Assembly: GCA_963705165.1 (NCBI GenBank)
Contig: CAVPJD010000011.1
Span: 148,931 to 212,930 of the forward strand
DNA: 64,000 nt
Direction of reading: 5' to 3'
Source of the DNA: an uncultured delta proteobacterium
Lineage (GTDB): Bacteria > Desulfobacterota > Syntrophia > Syntrophales > UBA2192
Under the pieces are notes generated by a model. The model was not told the DNA's origin. It was given only the letters and a program-made list of their open reading frames with translations, and did no database searches. Position numbers and translations under genes: made by a program. Positions 1-9,611 of this stretch are shown here, piece after piece (the stretch's first letter is position 1; the number at the start of each line of letters is the position of its first letter).

Positions 1-398
1 GGGTCATCCTCCTCGACCCGGGAGGCATTGAACCGGACGTATTTGTTGCAGACAATATCGTAGGCGCCATAGTGGGGATTTCCTTCGTAGCCCGTCGGTT
101 TCGTCGCCAGATTCCCATAGGCGACATAGTCCTTGAAAATGGCCAGGAAGTTCGTCTGCGTGGCGGCGAGCCTCTTGTAGTCCGCCGTCATGTACTCCAT
201 GACGTGGGTGGCGCCGGAAAGGTTCTGCAGCCGATAAACAGGGTCGGTGCTGTGGATGACGCTCGTGCCGACGAACTGGGCGAAGAAAACCCCCATGATG
301 GCGGCGATCACGATCGTGACAATGACCTCCAGCAACGTGAACCCGCCCTGCCCGTGGCCTGTCCGGGACTTTCGGAAATGGTGAGTTCGCCTTTTCAT
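1..398 (-). CDS. Prepilin-type N-terminal cleavage/methylation protein (minor pilin), runs off the window edge
   Basis: Not in the ORF track because it is open at the edge. Manual translation gives MKRRTHHFRKSRTGHGQGG|FTLLEVIVTIVIAAIMGVFF, a class III signal with E5. GGAGGT RBS upstream. Confidence 0.85.
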   Translation of the reverse strand, partial: MKRRTHHFRKSRTGHGQGGFTLLEVIVTIVIAAIMGVFFAQFVGTSVIHSTDPVYRLQNLSGATHVMEYMTADYKRLAATQTNFLAIFKDYVAYGNLATKPTGYEGNPHYGAYDIVCNKYVRFNASRVEEDD

Positions 399-420
399 GT
401 CGCCTGCACCTCCCGCGCGA

Positions 421-909
421 TCAGGGGATGAACCCGGTGTTTTTCGTCACGGTAATGGATGGCAACGCGCTTCCGCCCCCCTTGGGTTGAACGGTAATAG
501 AGGGTATCACGCTGCTGCCGGGACTGCCGAATTGATCAAAGGTTATCTTGTTGCCGGGGGGTAGGCTCACCTGGATGCCGCTGAGTTCCATGACCCCGTC
601 TGCCGATTCGACACCGGGCAGGCGGATGACCGTATTTTCGTCTGGGTCCTTGAAAAGCCAGTATCTTGTCGACGACCCGAACTTGACCCCCCAGCTGCTT
701 TCTGAATTCATGGCCCGCGACTGGGCATACCGCAGGTGATTCTTGAGGAGCTCCATCTCGGCACTTTGGGAGGGCGCATCTCCGGAAAAGAGCCTCGTGG
801 CGGCAAAATAGGAAATGACCCCCAGGATCAAGAGCACCATGACGACCTCGAAGAGGGTGAACCCGCGCTGCCCGCCGAATCGTCTTCTTCTTTGAATCGC
901 TCTATGCAT
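421..909 (-). CDS. Prepilin-type minor pilin/pseudopilin (FimT/MshC-like)
   Basis: QRG|FTLFEVVMVLLILGVI class III signal; LRYAQSRAM helix and ITFDQFGSP motif typical of FimT/GspH/MshC-like pilins. Confidence 0.88.
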   Translation of the reverse strand: MHRAIQRRRRFGGQRGFTLFEVVMVLLILGVISYFAATRLFSGDAPSQSAEMELLKNHLRYAQSRAMNSESSWGVKFGSSTRYWLFKDPDENTVIRLPGVESADGVMELSGIQVSLPPGNKITFDQFGSPGSSVIPSITVQPKGGGSALPSITVTKNTGFIP

Positions 910-1603
910 ACCGTTTCCCGCAGTTCTGAATGGTCCGGATCAGGAAAAAGCCCGTCGGCAACCCGATGAGCGCAGAGAGCAGTGACATAAAGGCCGAAAC
1001 CGGGATATCCCACTCCAGGGATACGAAGATCCCGTTCAGAAGGGCAAAACCGAGGTAGACAAGGGCGCCGATGCGGGCCACGCGCAAGGCCAGCTTCCCG
1101 TCCTTCATCAGATAGAAGCCTATCGCCACCATGCACCCGGCCGTGACAAGCGCGATCTGCGGCTGCCAGCGGACCCAGCCCGGCATGGCCAGAGACGCAC
1201 CCAGCTTGTGCAGGCCGACCATCAGAATAACGCCGAGGATGGCATAGAAAACGCCTACCATGATGAAGTAAAAAGAACACTCCTGCCCCGACACCGGGGA
1301 GCGAAGTGCATTCAGCGGATGGAAGCTGACCTCGTGGGGCCTCAATAGAACCTCGCCGAGAACCTTCCACAGAGATGGCCGATGGGCCCGGATGCGGGAC
1401 ATGACTCGTTCTTCAAGGCCTGCCGGCGGATCGAGTGAAGGCTCTTCGCGCATCATCCAGGCGATTGCGTCGAGCTCATTACTATGGGATTCCGGTTCAC
1501 CGGCCTCCGGAGAAGGTCCCTGCCCATCAATCTCCCCGATTATTTTTTCTATATTTTGATCAGAGTCCAAGTTTCTTACCCTCTTACCCTCACACCTTCT
1601 CAT
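902..1603 (-). CDS. Putative membrane anti-sigma factor (start may be TTG at 1570)
   Basis: Directly downstream of the ECF sigma. The cytoplasmic N-terminus has PPAGLEERVMSRI, an anti-sigma-like helix, followed by about 4 hydrophobic helices. Confidence 0.6.
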   Translation of the reverse strand: MRRCEGKRVRNLDSDQNIEKIIGEIDGQGPSPEAGEPESHSNELDAIAWMMREEPSLDPPAGLEERVMSRIRAHRPSLWKVLGEVLLRPHEVSFHPLNALRSPVSGQECSFYFIMVGVFYAILGVILMVGLHKLGASLAMPGWVRWQPQIALVTAGCMVAIGFYLMKDGKLALRVARIGALVYLGFALLNGIFVSLEWDIPVSAFMSLLSALIGLPTGFFLIRTIQNCGKRYA

Positions 1604-2172
1604 CTTCTCGCTTCGTCATCGGCGAACCCGTCTTCTTCCATCATCGCCCGAATCTTCTCAAGGCCCCGGTAAACCTTCATCTTGGCGCTGCTGAGTGAAT
1701 CCCCCGTCACAGAGGCGATGTCCTCGAAACTCAGCCCCTCGTAGAAGCGCAGGACCAAGGCCTCCCGGACCGGCACGGGCATCCTCAGCAGGTAACTTTG
1801 GAGCCGCCGGCCCCGCTCCCGGCCGATGGCCGCATCGGCCGCGTCGCCGCTGGGGTCTGTCGCATCCGGCATGCCCTTTTCGGTTGCTTCCTCAGGCAGG
1901 GCCTTCACCTTGCGGAGATGATTCCGGATCACGTTCAGACTCACCGTGTACAGCCAGGGGAAGAATCGCTCCCCTGCCCTGAAGCGCCCCAGGGACTGAA
2001 AGGCCCGCAGGAAACTCTCCTGGGTCAGGTCGTCGGCATCCTGGGTGCTTCCCGTCATGCGGAAGGCCAGACTGAAGACCGGCCCCTTATAGGCATCGAC
2101 CAGAACAGCAAAGGCCTCTCGGTCTCCCCCGAGGACGCGGCCGATGATCTCTCCTTCGTCGATCTGTTTCAT
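1600..2172 (-). CDS. ECF (sigma-70 group 4) RNA polymerase sigma factor
   Basis: GDREAFAVLV, DADDLTQESFLRA and FFPWLY (region 2); REALVLRFYEGLSFEDIA...AKMKVYRG (region 4). Confidence 0.95.
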   Translation of the reverse strand: MKQIDEGEIIGRVLGGDREAFAVLVDAYKGPVFSLAFRMTGSTQDADDLTQESFLRAFQSLGRFRAGERFFPWLYTVSLNVIRNHLRKVKALPEEATEKGMPDATDPSGDAADAAIGRERGRRLQSYLLRMPVPVREALVLRFYEGLSFEDIASVTGDSLSSAKMKVYRGLEKIRAMMEEDGFADDEARR

Positions 2173-2317
2173 ATACAAATCGGACCGGCAAAAAGTCACA
2201 TTATTTATGCATCTTCCATGACAAGCAGCAGAGCCTTTCTGCCTTTTTAGTCGATTATCGCCATGGAGGAAAGCTTTTTATAAACGGGAATAGATTGATG
2301 CTTTTCGATTTTTATTA

Positions 2318-2350
2318 CCTTAAGCCTTATGCCTTATGCCTTTAGCCTTG
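2318..2350. repeat. Degenerate heptamer tandem repeat (CCTTATG-like)
   Basis: ccttaag ccttatg ccttatg cctttag ccttg. Confidence 0.7.
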
Positions 2351-2355
2351 CTTTA

Positions 2356-2371
2356 TGGCATATTAGTTGAA
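2356..2371 (+). promoter_or_regulatory. Possible variant sigma-54 promoter for the glycosylation cassette
   Basis: TGGCATATTAGTTGAA = GG-N10-GA with TT before -12. The -12 element is GA rather than canonical GC. It lies about 65 bp upstream of the GT2 start. Confidence 0.35.
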
Positions 2372-2437
2372 TAATGAACAAGGTCGGCCGTCAGCAAGCA
2401 CAGGGTATCGAGCAACCTGTCGGCACTTTTTCCAAGG

Positions 2438-3376
2438 ATGGAACCCGAACCGGTGCCAGCAGCTAAGGAATCCCCCATCGAAATCAGCATCATTCTGCCC
2501 GCCTTCCAGGAGGAGCAGGGGATCCCGCCCCTGCTGATGCAGATAGGGGCCGTCATGGCAAAAATGAGGCGGCCCTATGAGCTCCTCGTTGTCGACGACG
2601 GCTCCATCGACGGGACGGCCGCAAGGGCCCGCGAGGCCGGGGCCCGGGTCATCTCGCATCCCTACAACATCGGAAACGGGGCTGCCGTGAAAACGGGCAT
2701 CCGCGAGGCCCGGGGCCGGGTGATCGTGATGATGGACGCCGACGGACAGCACGAACCGGCCGACATCCCACGGCTCATCGAGCATCTCGGATCCCACGAT
2801 ATGGTCGTGGGGGCCCGCACGAGGGAATCCGAGACCAGTCTCCACCGCGATCTGGCCAACAAGGTGTACAACTGGTTTGCCTCCTACATCTGCAACCGAA
2901 AAATTGAAGACCTGACGTCAGGCTTCCGGGCGATCAAGGCCGATGCGGCCCGGGCTTTTCTCTACCTGCTGCCGAACACTTACTCCTACCCGACGACGCT
3001 CACCCTGGCCATTGTCCGCTCCGGCCGGAGCCTGAAGTACATTCCCGTGAGAACGGTGCGGCGGGTCGGCCGAAGCAAGATCCGGCTCTTCCGGGACGGC
3101 ACCCGGTTTTTCTTCATCATCCTGAAAATCGCGACCCTCTTTTCGCCCATGAAGGTGTTTCTGCCGGTGAGCGCGCTCATGTTTCTGACGGGTGTGGGGT
3201 ACGGATTTATCAGGATCTTCTTTTTCGACACCCGGTACGGCCCCACGTCCGCCATGCTGATTACCATGTCCGTCGTGGTGTTCATGGTCGGGCTCGTCTC
3301 CGAGCAGGTGGCCCAGCTGCGATTTGACCGGAGTGAACCGATCCGGGGCCCGCAGGACGGAAAGGAGGGGCCCTGA
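2438..3376 (+). CDS. GT2 glycosyltransferase, polyprenol-phosphate sugar synthase (DPM1/Ppm1/ArnC-like) with C-terminal TM helices
   Basis: SIILPAFQEE, VVDDGSIDGT, NIGNGAAVKTG, MDADGQH, MVVGAR, DLTSGFRA, GRSKI; two C-terminal hydrophobic helices. Confidence 0.92.
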   Translation: MEPEPVPAAKESPIEISIILPAFQEEQGIPPLLMQIGAVMAKMRRPYELLVVDDGSIDGTAARAREAGARVISHPYNIGNGAAVKTGIREARGRVIVMMDADGQHEPADIPRLIEHLGSHDMVVGARTRESETSLHRDLANKVYNWFASYICNRKIEDLTSGFRAIKADAARAFLYLLPNTYSYPTTLTLAIVRSGRSLKYIPVRTVRRVGRSKIRLFRDGTRFFFIILKIATLFSPMKVFLPVSALMFLTGVGYGFIRIFFFDTRYGPTSAMLITMSVVVFMVGLVSEQVAQLRFDRSEPIRGPQDGKEGP

Positions 3377-3395
3377 GAGGCCCGGTGTTCGCCAG

Positions 3396-4505
3396 ATGAT
3401 CCATATCTTCATCGGAACGAAGGCCCAGTTCATCAAAATGGCTCCCGTGATGATGGAGATGAATCGTCGCGGGATGCCTTACCATCTCATCGAGACGGGG
3501 CAGCACGCCGCACTCACCGCCGACCTGATCGAGGAGTTTGGTCTACGGGGATCCGACACGCGCCTGAGGACCGAATCGACCAACATCGCAACAATCGGCC
3601 AGGCTGCCCTCTGGACGTCGAAGACATTCCTTCACCTTTTATCGTCGCCGGAAGTCATAACGGGGGAAATTTTCCGCGGTGAGAGCAGGGGGATTTGCCT
3701 GATCCACGGCGATACCCTGACCACACTCTTCTCGCTTCTCTATGCCAGGCGCTGCGGGATCCCCGTTGCCCACGTGGAAGCGGGCCTCAGGAGCTTTCAC
3801 CTTCTCGATCCCTTCCCGGAGGAGCTGATCCGGCTGGCTGTCATGCGGTACAGCGACATCCTGTTCGCTCCATCGGACTGGGCGATGGGAAATCTCTCCA
3901 GGATGGGTTATGGGGACAAATCGATCACTGTCCGCGGCAATACCGTGGTGGACACGATCCGCTTCGCTCGTGCCCGTTACAGCGGGAAGGACAGGCCGGG
4001 CGTGCCTTACGTCGTCGTCACGATCCACCGCGTGGAAACCCTCTATTCGTCAACCCGCATGAATACGGTCATCACGTTCCTCGAGGAGATCGCGAAGCAG
4101 CGCCAGGTGCTCTTCGTCCTCCACGAGCCGACGCGCAAGCAGCTCGAGCGGCGCAAACTTCTCGCCCGCCTGCAGCGAAACAGCCGCGTCGAAATGATGC
4201 CCCTGCAGCCCTACCTGAAATTCCTGGATCTCCTGGCGGGCGCCGAATTCGCGGTTACCGACGGCGGCAGCATCCAGGAGGAATGCTACAGCCTTAATAT
4301 CCCCTGTCTCATCATGCGGGCCAAGACGGAACGTATGGAGGGGCTGGGTGAAAACGCGATGCTTGCCGGTTTCTCCCGGGAACGATTTGAGGATTTCCTG
4401 AAAGCCCTGCCGGGTCTCAAGCGGCGGGGAGCAGACGACGAGGGCGTATCCCCCTCGAGCATCATCGTGGATCACCTGGAGAAATATCTGGAGCGTCATG
4501 GCTGA
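3396..4505 (+). CDS. wecB: UDP-N-acetylglucosamine 2-epimerase (WecB-like)
   Basis: IGTKAQFIKMAPV, TGQH, HGDT, HVEAGLRS, PFPEE, VTIHRVE and TDGGSIQEE motifs. Confidence 0.88.
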   Translation: MIHIFIGTKAQFIKMAPVMMEMNRRGMPYHLIETGQHAALTADLIEEFGLRGSDTRLRTESTNIATIGQAALWTSKTFLHLLSSPEVITGEIFRGESRGICLIHGDTLTTLFSLLYARRCGIPVAHVEAGLRSFHLLDPFPEELIRLAVMRYSDILFAPSDWAMGNLSRMGYGDKSITVRGNTVVDTIRFARARYSGKDRPGVPYVVVTIHRVETLYSSTRMNTVITFLEEIAKQRQVLFVLHEPTRKQLERRKLLARLQRNSRVEMMPLQPYLKFLDLLAGAEFAVTDGGSIQEECYSLNIPCLIMRAKTERMEGLGENAMLAGFSRERFEDFLKALPGLKRRGADDEGVSPSSIIVDHLEKYLERHG

Positions 4506-5472
4506 GCCCCTTACCCATTTCTCCGTGATCGTACCCGTGTACAACGGCGCGGAGACCCTCGACGCCTGCCTGACGGCGCTCATGGAGCAGAATTACCCGA
4601 GAGAGCGCTTCGAGGTCATCGTGGTGGACGACGGGTCGACGGATGATACGGCACAGATCGCGATAAAGTTCGGCGTGCGATTGATCAGTCTGGGATCCAA
4701 CCAGGGGAGAATTGTGGCGCGCAACACAGGGGCTCAAGCGGCCCGATTCGAGACCCTGATCTTCAACGACGCACGGGTCACGCCCGAGCGGGAGCTTCTG
4801 GCGAAGATTGGCAGGCTCGATTACGAGCCGCTCATTCCCGACATCCGGGATTTTGACGACAGCCGCTGGGGCCTTCCCCGGTTCTTCTATCTGCTGCGTT
4901 GCAGGCTCTACGCCCCCTATTACCCCCTCTCAAAGGATCGGGGCGACTTCTGGATCACAACGGAGAATTTCGACCGGGCACCCAAGGGGACGGGCTGCTT
5001 CGTCTGCAGCCGCGGGCGCTGGATCGCGAACCAGCCGGAAACGTCCGACCGGGAAACGAGCGATGACACCCGAATTCTGAGAAAGATTGTCGCGACGAAA
5101 CCGATTCTGCGCACCTTCGCTGCATCAGCCCGTTATCAGCAGAGGACCGGCTTCCTGGCCGTTGTTGCGCACACGTTCCGACGGGGGCCCCTCTTCGCAG
5201 ATTATTACCTGCGGCCGGGGGGTCGCTACTTTGTTCTATATGCCGGGCTCTGGGGATTCATTCTCCTGTCGCTGCTGCTGGCCGGACTGAATCCTTGGTA
5301 TGGGGTGCTCTCTGCAGGTTTGACTCTCACCGCCCTTGCGGCCGCCACCATCTATCTTAGCCGGCGCTGGAGCGACATTCTTGTTGCGGCCGTCTGTCTG
5401 CCCGCCGTCGCGGCTGCCTTCGGCTTGGGAATTCTCAAGTGGCAACTCCGCCAGCTGTTCAAGAAGGGGTAA
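4498..5472 (+). CDS. GT2 glycosyltransferase with C-terminal membrane helices
   Basis: SVIVPVYNG, VIVVDDGSTDDT, ARNTGA; hydrophobic C-terminus; overlaps the previous stop codon. Confidence 0.9.
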   Translation: MAEPLTHFSVIVPVYNGAETLDACLTALMEQNYPRERFEVIVVDDGSTDDTAQIAIKFGVRLISLGSNQGRIVARNTGAQAARFETLIFNDARVTPERELLAKIGRLDYEPLIPDIRDFDDSRWGLPRFFYLLRCRLYAPYYPLSKDRGDFWITTENFDRAPKGTGCFVCSRGRWIANQPETSDRETSDDTRILRKIVATKPILRTFAASARYQQRTGFLAVVAHTFRRGPLFADYYLRPGGRYFVLYAGLWGFILLSLLLAGLNPWYGVLSAGLTLTALAAATIYLSRRWSDILVAAVCLPAVAAAFGLGILKWQLRQLFKKG

Positions 5473-5853
5473 CCGGTGACTGCGAGAAATGCCTATGCAG
5501 ATGATATAAGCAGTGGCACCTGCGCCGTCATCTCTTTCTCGAACGATGTGCTTTACGGATTCCCGGCTATCGCGCCATACTGCCGTCCCACTGTCAGGCA
5601 GAAGCTGATTTCTCCGCGGATTAGAACTTTTTCCGGCAGATCGATCGCTTTCTCTCAGGAGCCAATATGAAGGTAACAGCGTATACAACGCATATGAATA
5701 CATGCGATGGGGTATCGGTCTGTTGGGCTGTTGCGGTTCCTGATCATGCTCGAGACGAAACAATGATCGCGATGCGGCAGGTACGCGAGTAAATCGACGG
5801 GAGACTTTTAACTCGCCGGTCAAATGCAGTTTGACCTCTGGTTTACAGGGACA

Positions 5854-6864
5854 ATGAACGAATTGAATGGTATGTCGACAGGGAGCAGATGGCAAAAGCA
5901 ATTCTTGCCCTGGGTTGTTTTCGCCCTGATGCTCGCCCTGTTGGGTCTATTCATGGCCCAGGAGAAGGATCTTGCCTCCGTGCTTCTTCGCGTGAGCATG
6001 CTTTCCCTTGCCGGACTGTTCCTGATCCAGTGCCTGTTCAACGCGGTTTCGGGTCTGGTACTGAGAGAGTTGTCTCTCTTCTTCGGTGTGAGGCTGAACG
6101 GCACAGAATGGTATGGGCTTCCTGCCGCAACGACGATGGGAAACTACCTGACGCCCGCCTCCGGCGGCCTCGTGGCTCGAGCCGTATACCTGAAACAGCG
6201 TTACGGCATGTCGTACCCCCGGTTTCTGACACTCCTTTCGTCAGGGTACCTGATCAACTTCCTGGTCATATCGGCGGTCGGCTTTTTCATCGTCATCGGC
6301 AAGTATCGCCACGACATGCATGTCTTGCCCCTGGCCTTTTTCTTCCTGGCCGTTTGCACGGTCATCCTCTTTCTGCTCCATCGACCCGTGCCTTTGCCCG
6401 ATGGCGAGGGCCGAATAAGGCGGATCCTCCGTGATGTCGTCGGCGGCTGGACCCTGATGAAAAGCAATCCTGTTTTGCTCGGAAAGCTGATCTTGTTGAC
6501 CCTGGCCAACATCCTGCTCGGCAGCAGCTCCCTGTGGCTTGCCTTCGACGCCCTCGGGTATCCCATTCCCGGCTTGGATGCCATACTGTTAAACCTCCTC
6601 CAGGCCTTTTCGCTTTTAGTCAGCATCACGCCGGGCAACCTCGGGGTGCAGGAAATAGTCGTCAGCCTGTCGTCAGGCCTGCTGGGACATGGTTTGGGTG
6701 CCGGGCTCCTGGCGGCGCTGCTCATCCGGGTTGTCACCGTGCTTTTTATCCTTACCCACGGCCCGTTATTCAGTTATCTCCTGTCGAAGGAGTTGGTTGC
6801 TCCCCGGAGCATGAATCAGATTGGCGGCGAGGGCAGGACGTCGGAGAAGAAAGAAAATCCTTGA
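5854..6864 (+). CDS. Lysylphosphatidylglycerol synthase TM-domain / flippase-like membrane protein (UPF0104/AglD2-like); start uncertain
   Basis: About 8 TM helices; GNYLTPASGGLVARAVYLK and SITPGNLGVQE motifs typical of LPG_synthase_TM. Confidence 0.8.
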   Translation: MNELNGMSTGSRWQKQFLPWVVFALMLALLGLFMAQEKDLASVLLRVSMLSLAGLFLIQCLFNAVSGLVLRELSLFFGVRLNGTEWYGLPAATTMGNYLTPASGGLVARAVYLKQRYGMSYPRFLTLLSSGYLINFLVISAVGFFIVIGKYRHDMHVLPLAFFFLAVCTVILFLLHRPVPLPDGEGRIRRILRDVVGGWTLMKSNPVLLGKLILLTLANILLGSSSLWLAFDALGYPIPGLDAILLNLLQAFSLLVSITPGNLGVQEIVVSLSSGLLGHGLGAGLLAALLIRVVTVLFILTHGPLFSYLLSKELVAPRSMNQIGGEGRTSEKKENP

Positions 6865-6929
6865 GCTGCCAATCACGGCGGGGATAATAAGCACACATAA
6901 TGAGTCATGCCCGTAAACGCGGAGACGCC

Positions 6930-9035
6930 ATGCTGACCAAAAAAAACGGGTTCACGTTACCCTGGAGATTTGAGATCTCCTTCGATCGCGGGGCGGCGTT
7001 CGCGTTTGTCGCTCTTTTTGCAACCCTGCTGCTCATCTATTCGAACAGCTTCAAAGGCGAGTGGCATTTCGATGACTTCGTCAACATCGTCGAGAACCGA
7101 TGTGTCCATCTGGAACGTATCAGCCCGAATGACCTTTCGCGGTCCCTCTACGGCATCACCTGCGAAGCGGCGGAACGACGGATTTCCCGCCCTGTTGTTT
7201 ACGGAAGTTTTGCCCTGAATTATCTCTTCGGCGGAACGGACGTCATCGGTTACCATGTCGTCAATTTCGTCATTCATTTTACCGCAGCCTTTTTCCTGTT
7301 TCTCCTGATCAGGGTGACACTTACACTGCCGACCATGAAAGAGCGGTACGGCAGCATCGCCTACCCCGTCGCCCTGCTGTCAGCGTTCCTCTGGGCAACA
7401 AGCCCGCTGCACGTCCACGCCGTAACGATCATTGTACAGCGGATGGCGAGCCTTGCAGGACTGGGTTACGTCATGTCCCTCTACTTCTACGTAAGGGCGC
7501 GAACGGCAACAACCGGAAGAGGTGCAATCGTATTCTTTCTGCTCAGCGGTACAGGCGCCCTGGTGGCCTTCGGTACGAAGGAGAACACGGCCGTGTTGCC
7601 GATTGCCCTTTTGCTCTACGACCTCTTTTTCATCCAGGGGATATCGGCGGATTCCGCGAAGAAAACAATGAAATGGGCTGCCCTGCCTTTTGCAATCGTG
7701 CTGGTGCTGGGGTGGCTCTACACAGATTTCTCTATGGAGCGTGCCGTCTACGAGTCCGGGGTGAGACCCTTTTCGCCGATGGAGCGGCTCATGACACAGG
7801 GGAGGGTACTCTTTTTCTATGTGTCTTTGCTTCTGTACCCCATCCCTTCTAGATTGACGCTTCTTCACGATATCGACATCTCGCGCACGCTCTTCGATCC
7901 ATGGACAACATTGGCCGCAATCGTTGGGATCGTTATCTGCCTGCTTTTTACCGCCCTGAAGGCAAAGAAGTACCCCCTGCTCTCATTCGCCATCCTCTTC
8001 TTCTTCCTGAATCACCTCGTGGAGGGGACGGTGATTCCCTTGGAGCTTATCTTCGAGCACCGCAACTACATTCCATCGATGTTCTTCTTCGTGCCGATAG
8101 CGTTCGGGATTATCCGCTGCCTGGACTATTTCTCCTACAGCAGGGGCTTTCAGGTTTTCCTGGCCGCAGGCTTCGCACTGCTCCTGGCTTTCCAGGGGCA
8201 CACGACCTTCGAGCGAAACGACATTGTCCGCTCCGATGTCCATCTCTGGCTCGACAATGTCAGGAAGGCCCCCGACCTCAGCCGCCCCCGCATCAATCTG
8301 GCAAAGCAATATTATGAAGCAGGGATGTACGAGGAGGCCGTGCGCGAGATGAAAACCGCCGAAGAGCTGAACCGGGACACCAATCTCAGGCAGATCGGCC
8401 TTGCATCTTACAATTTGGGGGTCTACTACCTCTACCAGGCAAAGGATATCGACCGTGCCGAGCAACAGTTTCTCAAGACCCTGGAGCGATTCCCGGGTCA
8501 CACCTCCGCAATCGTAGGCCTGGCAACGGTTCACCTCAGAAGAGGGAATGTAGAAAAGGCATGGGTCCTCATGCAGGAGCATGCGCCCAGGCACCGCAAC
8601 GACGTGGAGATGATCAACGGTTACGGGCTGGTGCTCCTGAAAAAGGGGAATGCGCAGGGCGCGCTCAAGGCGGCGGCATTGTCCATGAGCCTCAAATGGA
8701 ACGACCCGCAGTCCTGGGAGATATCGGGAGAGGCATGGCGGATGCTCGGGCAGTGGCAGAAGGCCGCCCAGTGCTGGGAAGAGGCCCTGCGCCTGAACCC
8801 GGTTAACCCGCGAGCGCAGCTGGCCCTCGTGGAACTATATGATCGGTTGAAGGACGGCCCGGCCCTTTCCCGCATGGCGGCGCGATGCATGGCGCTCAAG
8901 GGTACAAAGCCCCTGGATGAATGGCTTGCCGAACTCGCCGGTAATTCCGGGGTGTCGGCGTATGAGGTGAATCCCGGGATGCTGGGCCGGATTATTCGGA
9001 GGGAAATCGGCAGGGAGTTGACTCGGAGGAGATGA
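6930..9035 (+). CDS. TMTC-like GT-C integral membrane glycosyltransferase with C-terminal TPR repeats
   Basis: YSNSFKGEWHFDDFVNI (DD motif), RPV..SFALNY, GYHVVNFVIH, PLHVHAV..IVQR, KE, EHRNYIPS, RN..RS...LW.D...K.P...R...NL, followed by TPRs; GGAGA RBS. Confidence 0.8.
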   Translation: MLTKKNGFTLPWRFEISFDRGAAFAFVALFATLLLIYSNSFKGEWHFDDFVNIVENRCVHLERISPNDLSRSLYGITCEAAERRISRPVVYGSFALNYLFGGTDVIGYHVVNFVIHFTAAFFLFLLIRVTLTLPTMKERYGSIAYPVALLSAFLWATSPLHVHAVTIIVQRMASLAGLGYVMSLYFYVRARTATTGRGAIVFFLLSGTGALVAFGTKENTAVLPIALLLYDLFFIQGISADSAKKTMKWAALPFAIVLVLGWLYTDFSMERAVYESGVRPFSPMERLMTQGRVLFFYVSLLLYPIPSRLTLLHDIDISRTLFDPWTTLAAIVGIVICLLFTALKAKKYPLLSFAILFFFLNHLVEGTVIPLELIFEHRNYIPSMFFFVPIAFGIIRCLDYFSYSRGFQVFLAAGFALLLAFQGHTTFERNDIVRSDVHLWLDNVRKAPDLSRPRINLAKQYYEAGMYEEAVREMKTAEELNRDTNLRQIGLASYNLGVYYLYQAKDIDRAEQQFLKTLERFPGHTSAIVGLATVHLRRGNVEKAWVLMQEHAPRHRNDVEMINGYGLVLLKKGNAQGALKAAALSMSLKWNDPQSWEISGEAWRMLGQWQKAAQCWEEALRLNPVNPRAQLALVELYDRLKDGPALSRMAARCMALKGTKPLDEWLAELAGNSGVSAYEVNPGMLGRIIRREIGRELTRRR

Positions 9036-9064
9036 TTGAGGGTAGTGCGTTTTATGAGGTCGCG

Positions 9065-9439
9065 CTATTTCGGCAACAGCCACACGCCGCTGTTGGTGCC
9101 CGGCACGCCGCCTATGCCTGAGGCAATAATTTTGATGTCCGACGAAGCCCCCGCGAGTGAAAAACTCAGGGTGTAGTCTCCCACACTTGTCGTGTTGCCG
9201 ACGGCTAAGACAAGGCTGGTGGCGCCCGGCGGCGAAGCATTCTCCAGGAAAAGCCTGGCGTAATTTATGGAGAGACGGGCCTTGCCCTCCGTCACGGCCT
9301 GAAGGGCCGCTTTGTTCTGTGATTCCCGGGTGATATCGTAGAATTTGGGAACGGCAATAGAGGCGAGGACCCCGAGGATGACGAGAGTCGCTATCAGCTC
9401 GATCAGGGTGAACCCCCTCTGAGAACGGCGCAAAGACAT
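9065..9439 (-). CDS. Type IV pilin (MshA-like), paralog 2
   Basis: QRG|FTLIELIATLVILGVLASIAVPKF. Confidence 0.92.
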   Translation of the reverse strand: MSLRRSQRGFTLIELIATLVILGVLASIAVPKFYDITRESQNKAALQAVTEGKARLSINYARLFLENASPPGATSLVLAVGNTTSVGDYTLSFSLAGASSDIKIIASGIGGVPGTNSGVWLLPK

Positions 9440-9507
9440 AGACGCGTTACAGCCTCATTCCTGTATTTTACAACCGGAACAAACCCGCAATCGCCGTCTT
9501 TGCGACA

Positions 9508-9549
9508 AGGAAGCGGTCCTGCAGACCGCTTCCTCCTCGAGAGGAGGAA
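9508..9549. terminator. Hairpin(s) between the two pilin genes (terminator or mRNA stabiliser)
   Basis: aggaagcggtc-ctgca-gaccgcttcct inverted repeat, overlapping ttcctcctc-ga-gaggaggaa. Confidence 0.55.
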
Positions 9550-9611
9550 CGATACGACGAAAGGCCGCAAAGCAGTAGCCTCCGTCCATCGATCCTGTTA
9601 TACAATACTGG

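Noticed and set aside
2173..2201. Autoregulatory ECF promoter (TGTGAC...TTGTAT) at the sigma start
   Set aside because: The putative -10 element abuts the likely ATG, leaving no room for a transcription start, so it was not called.
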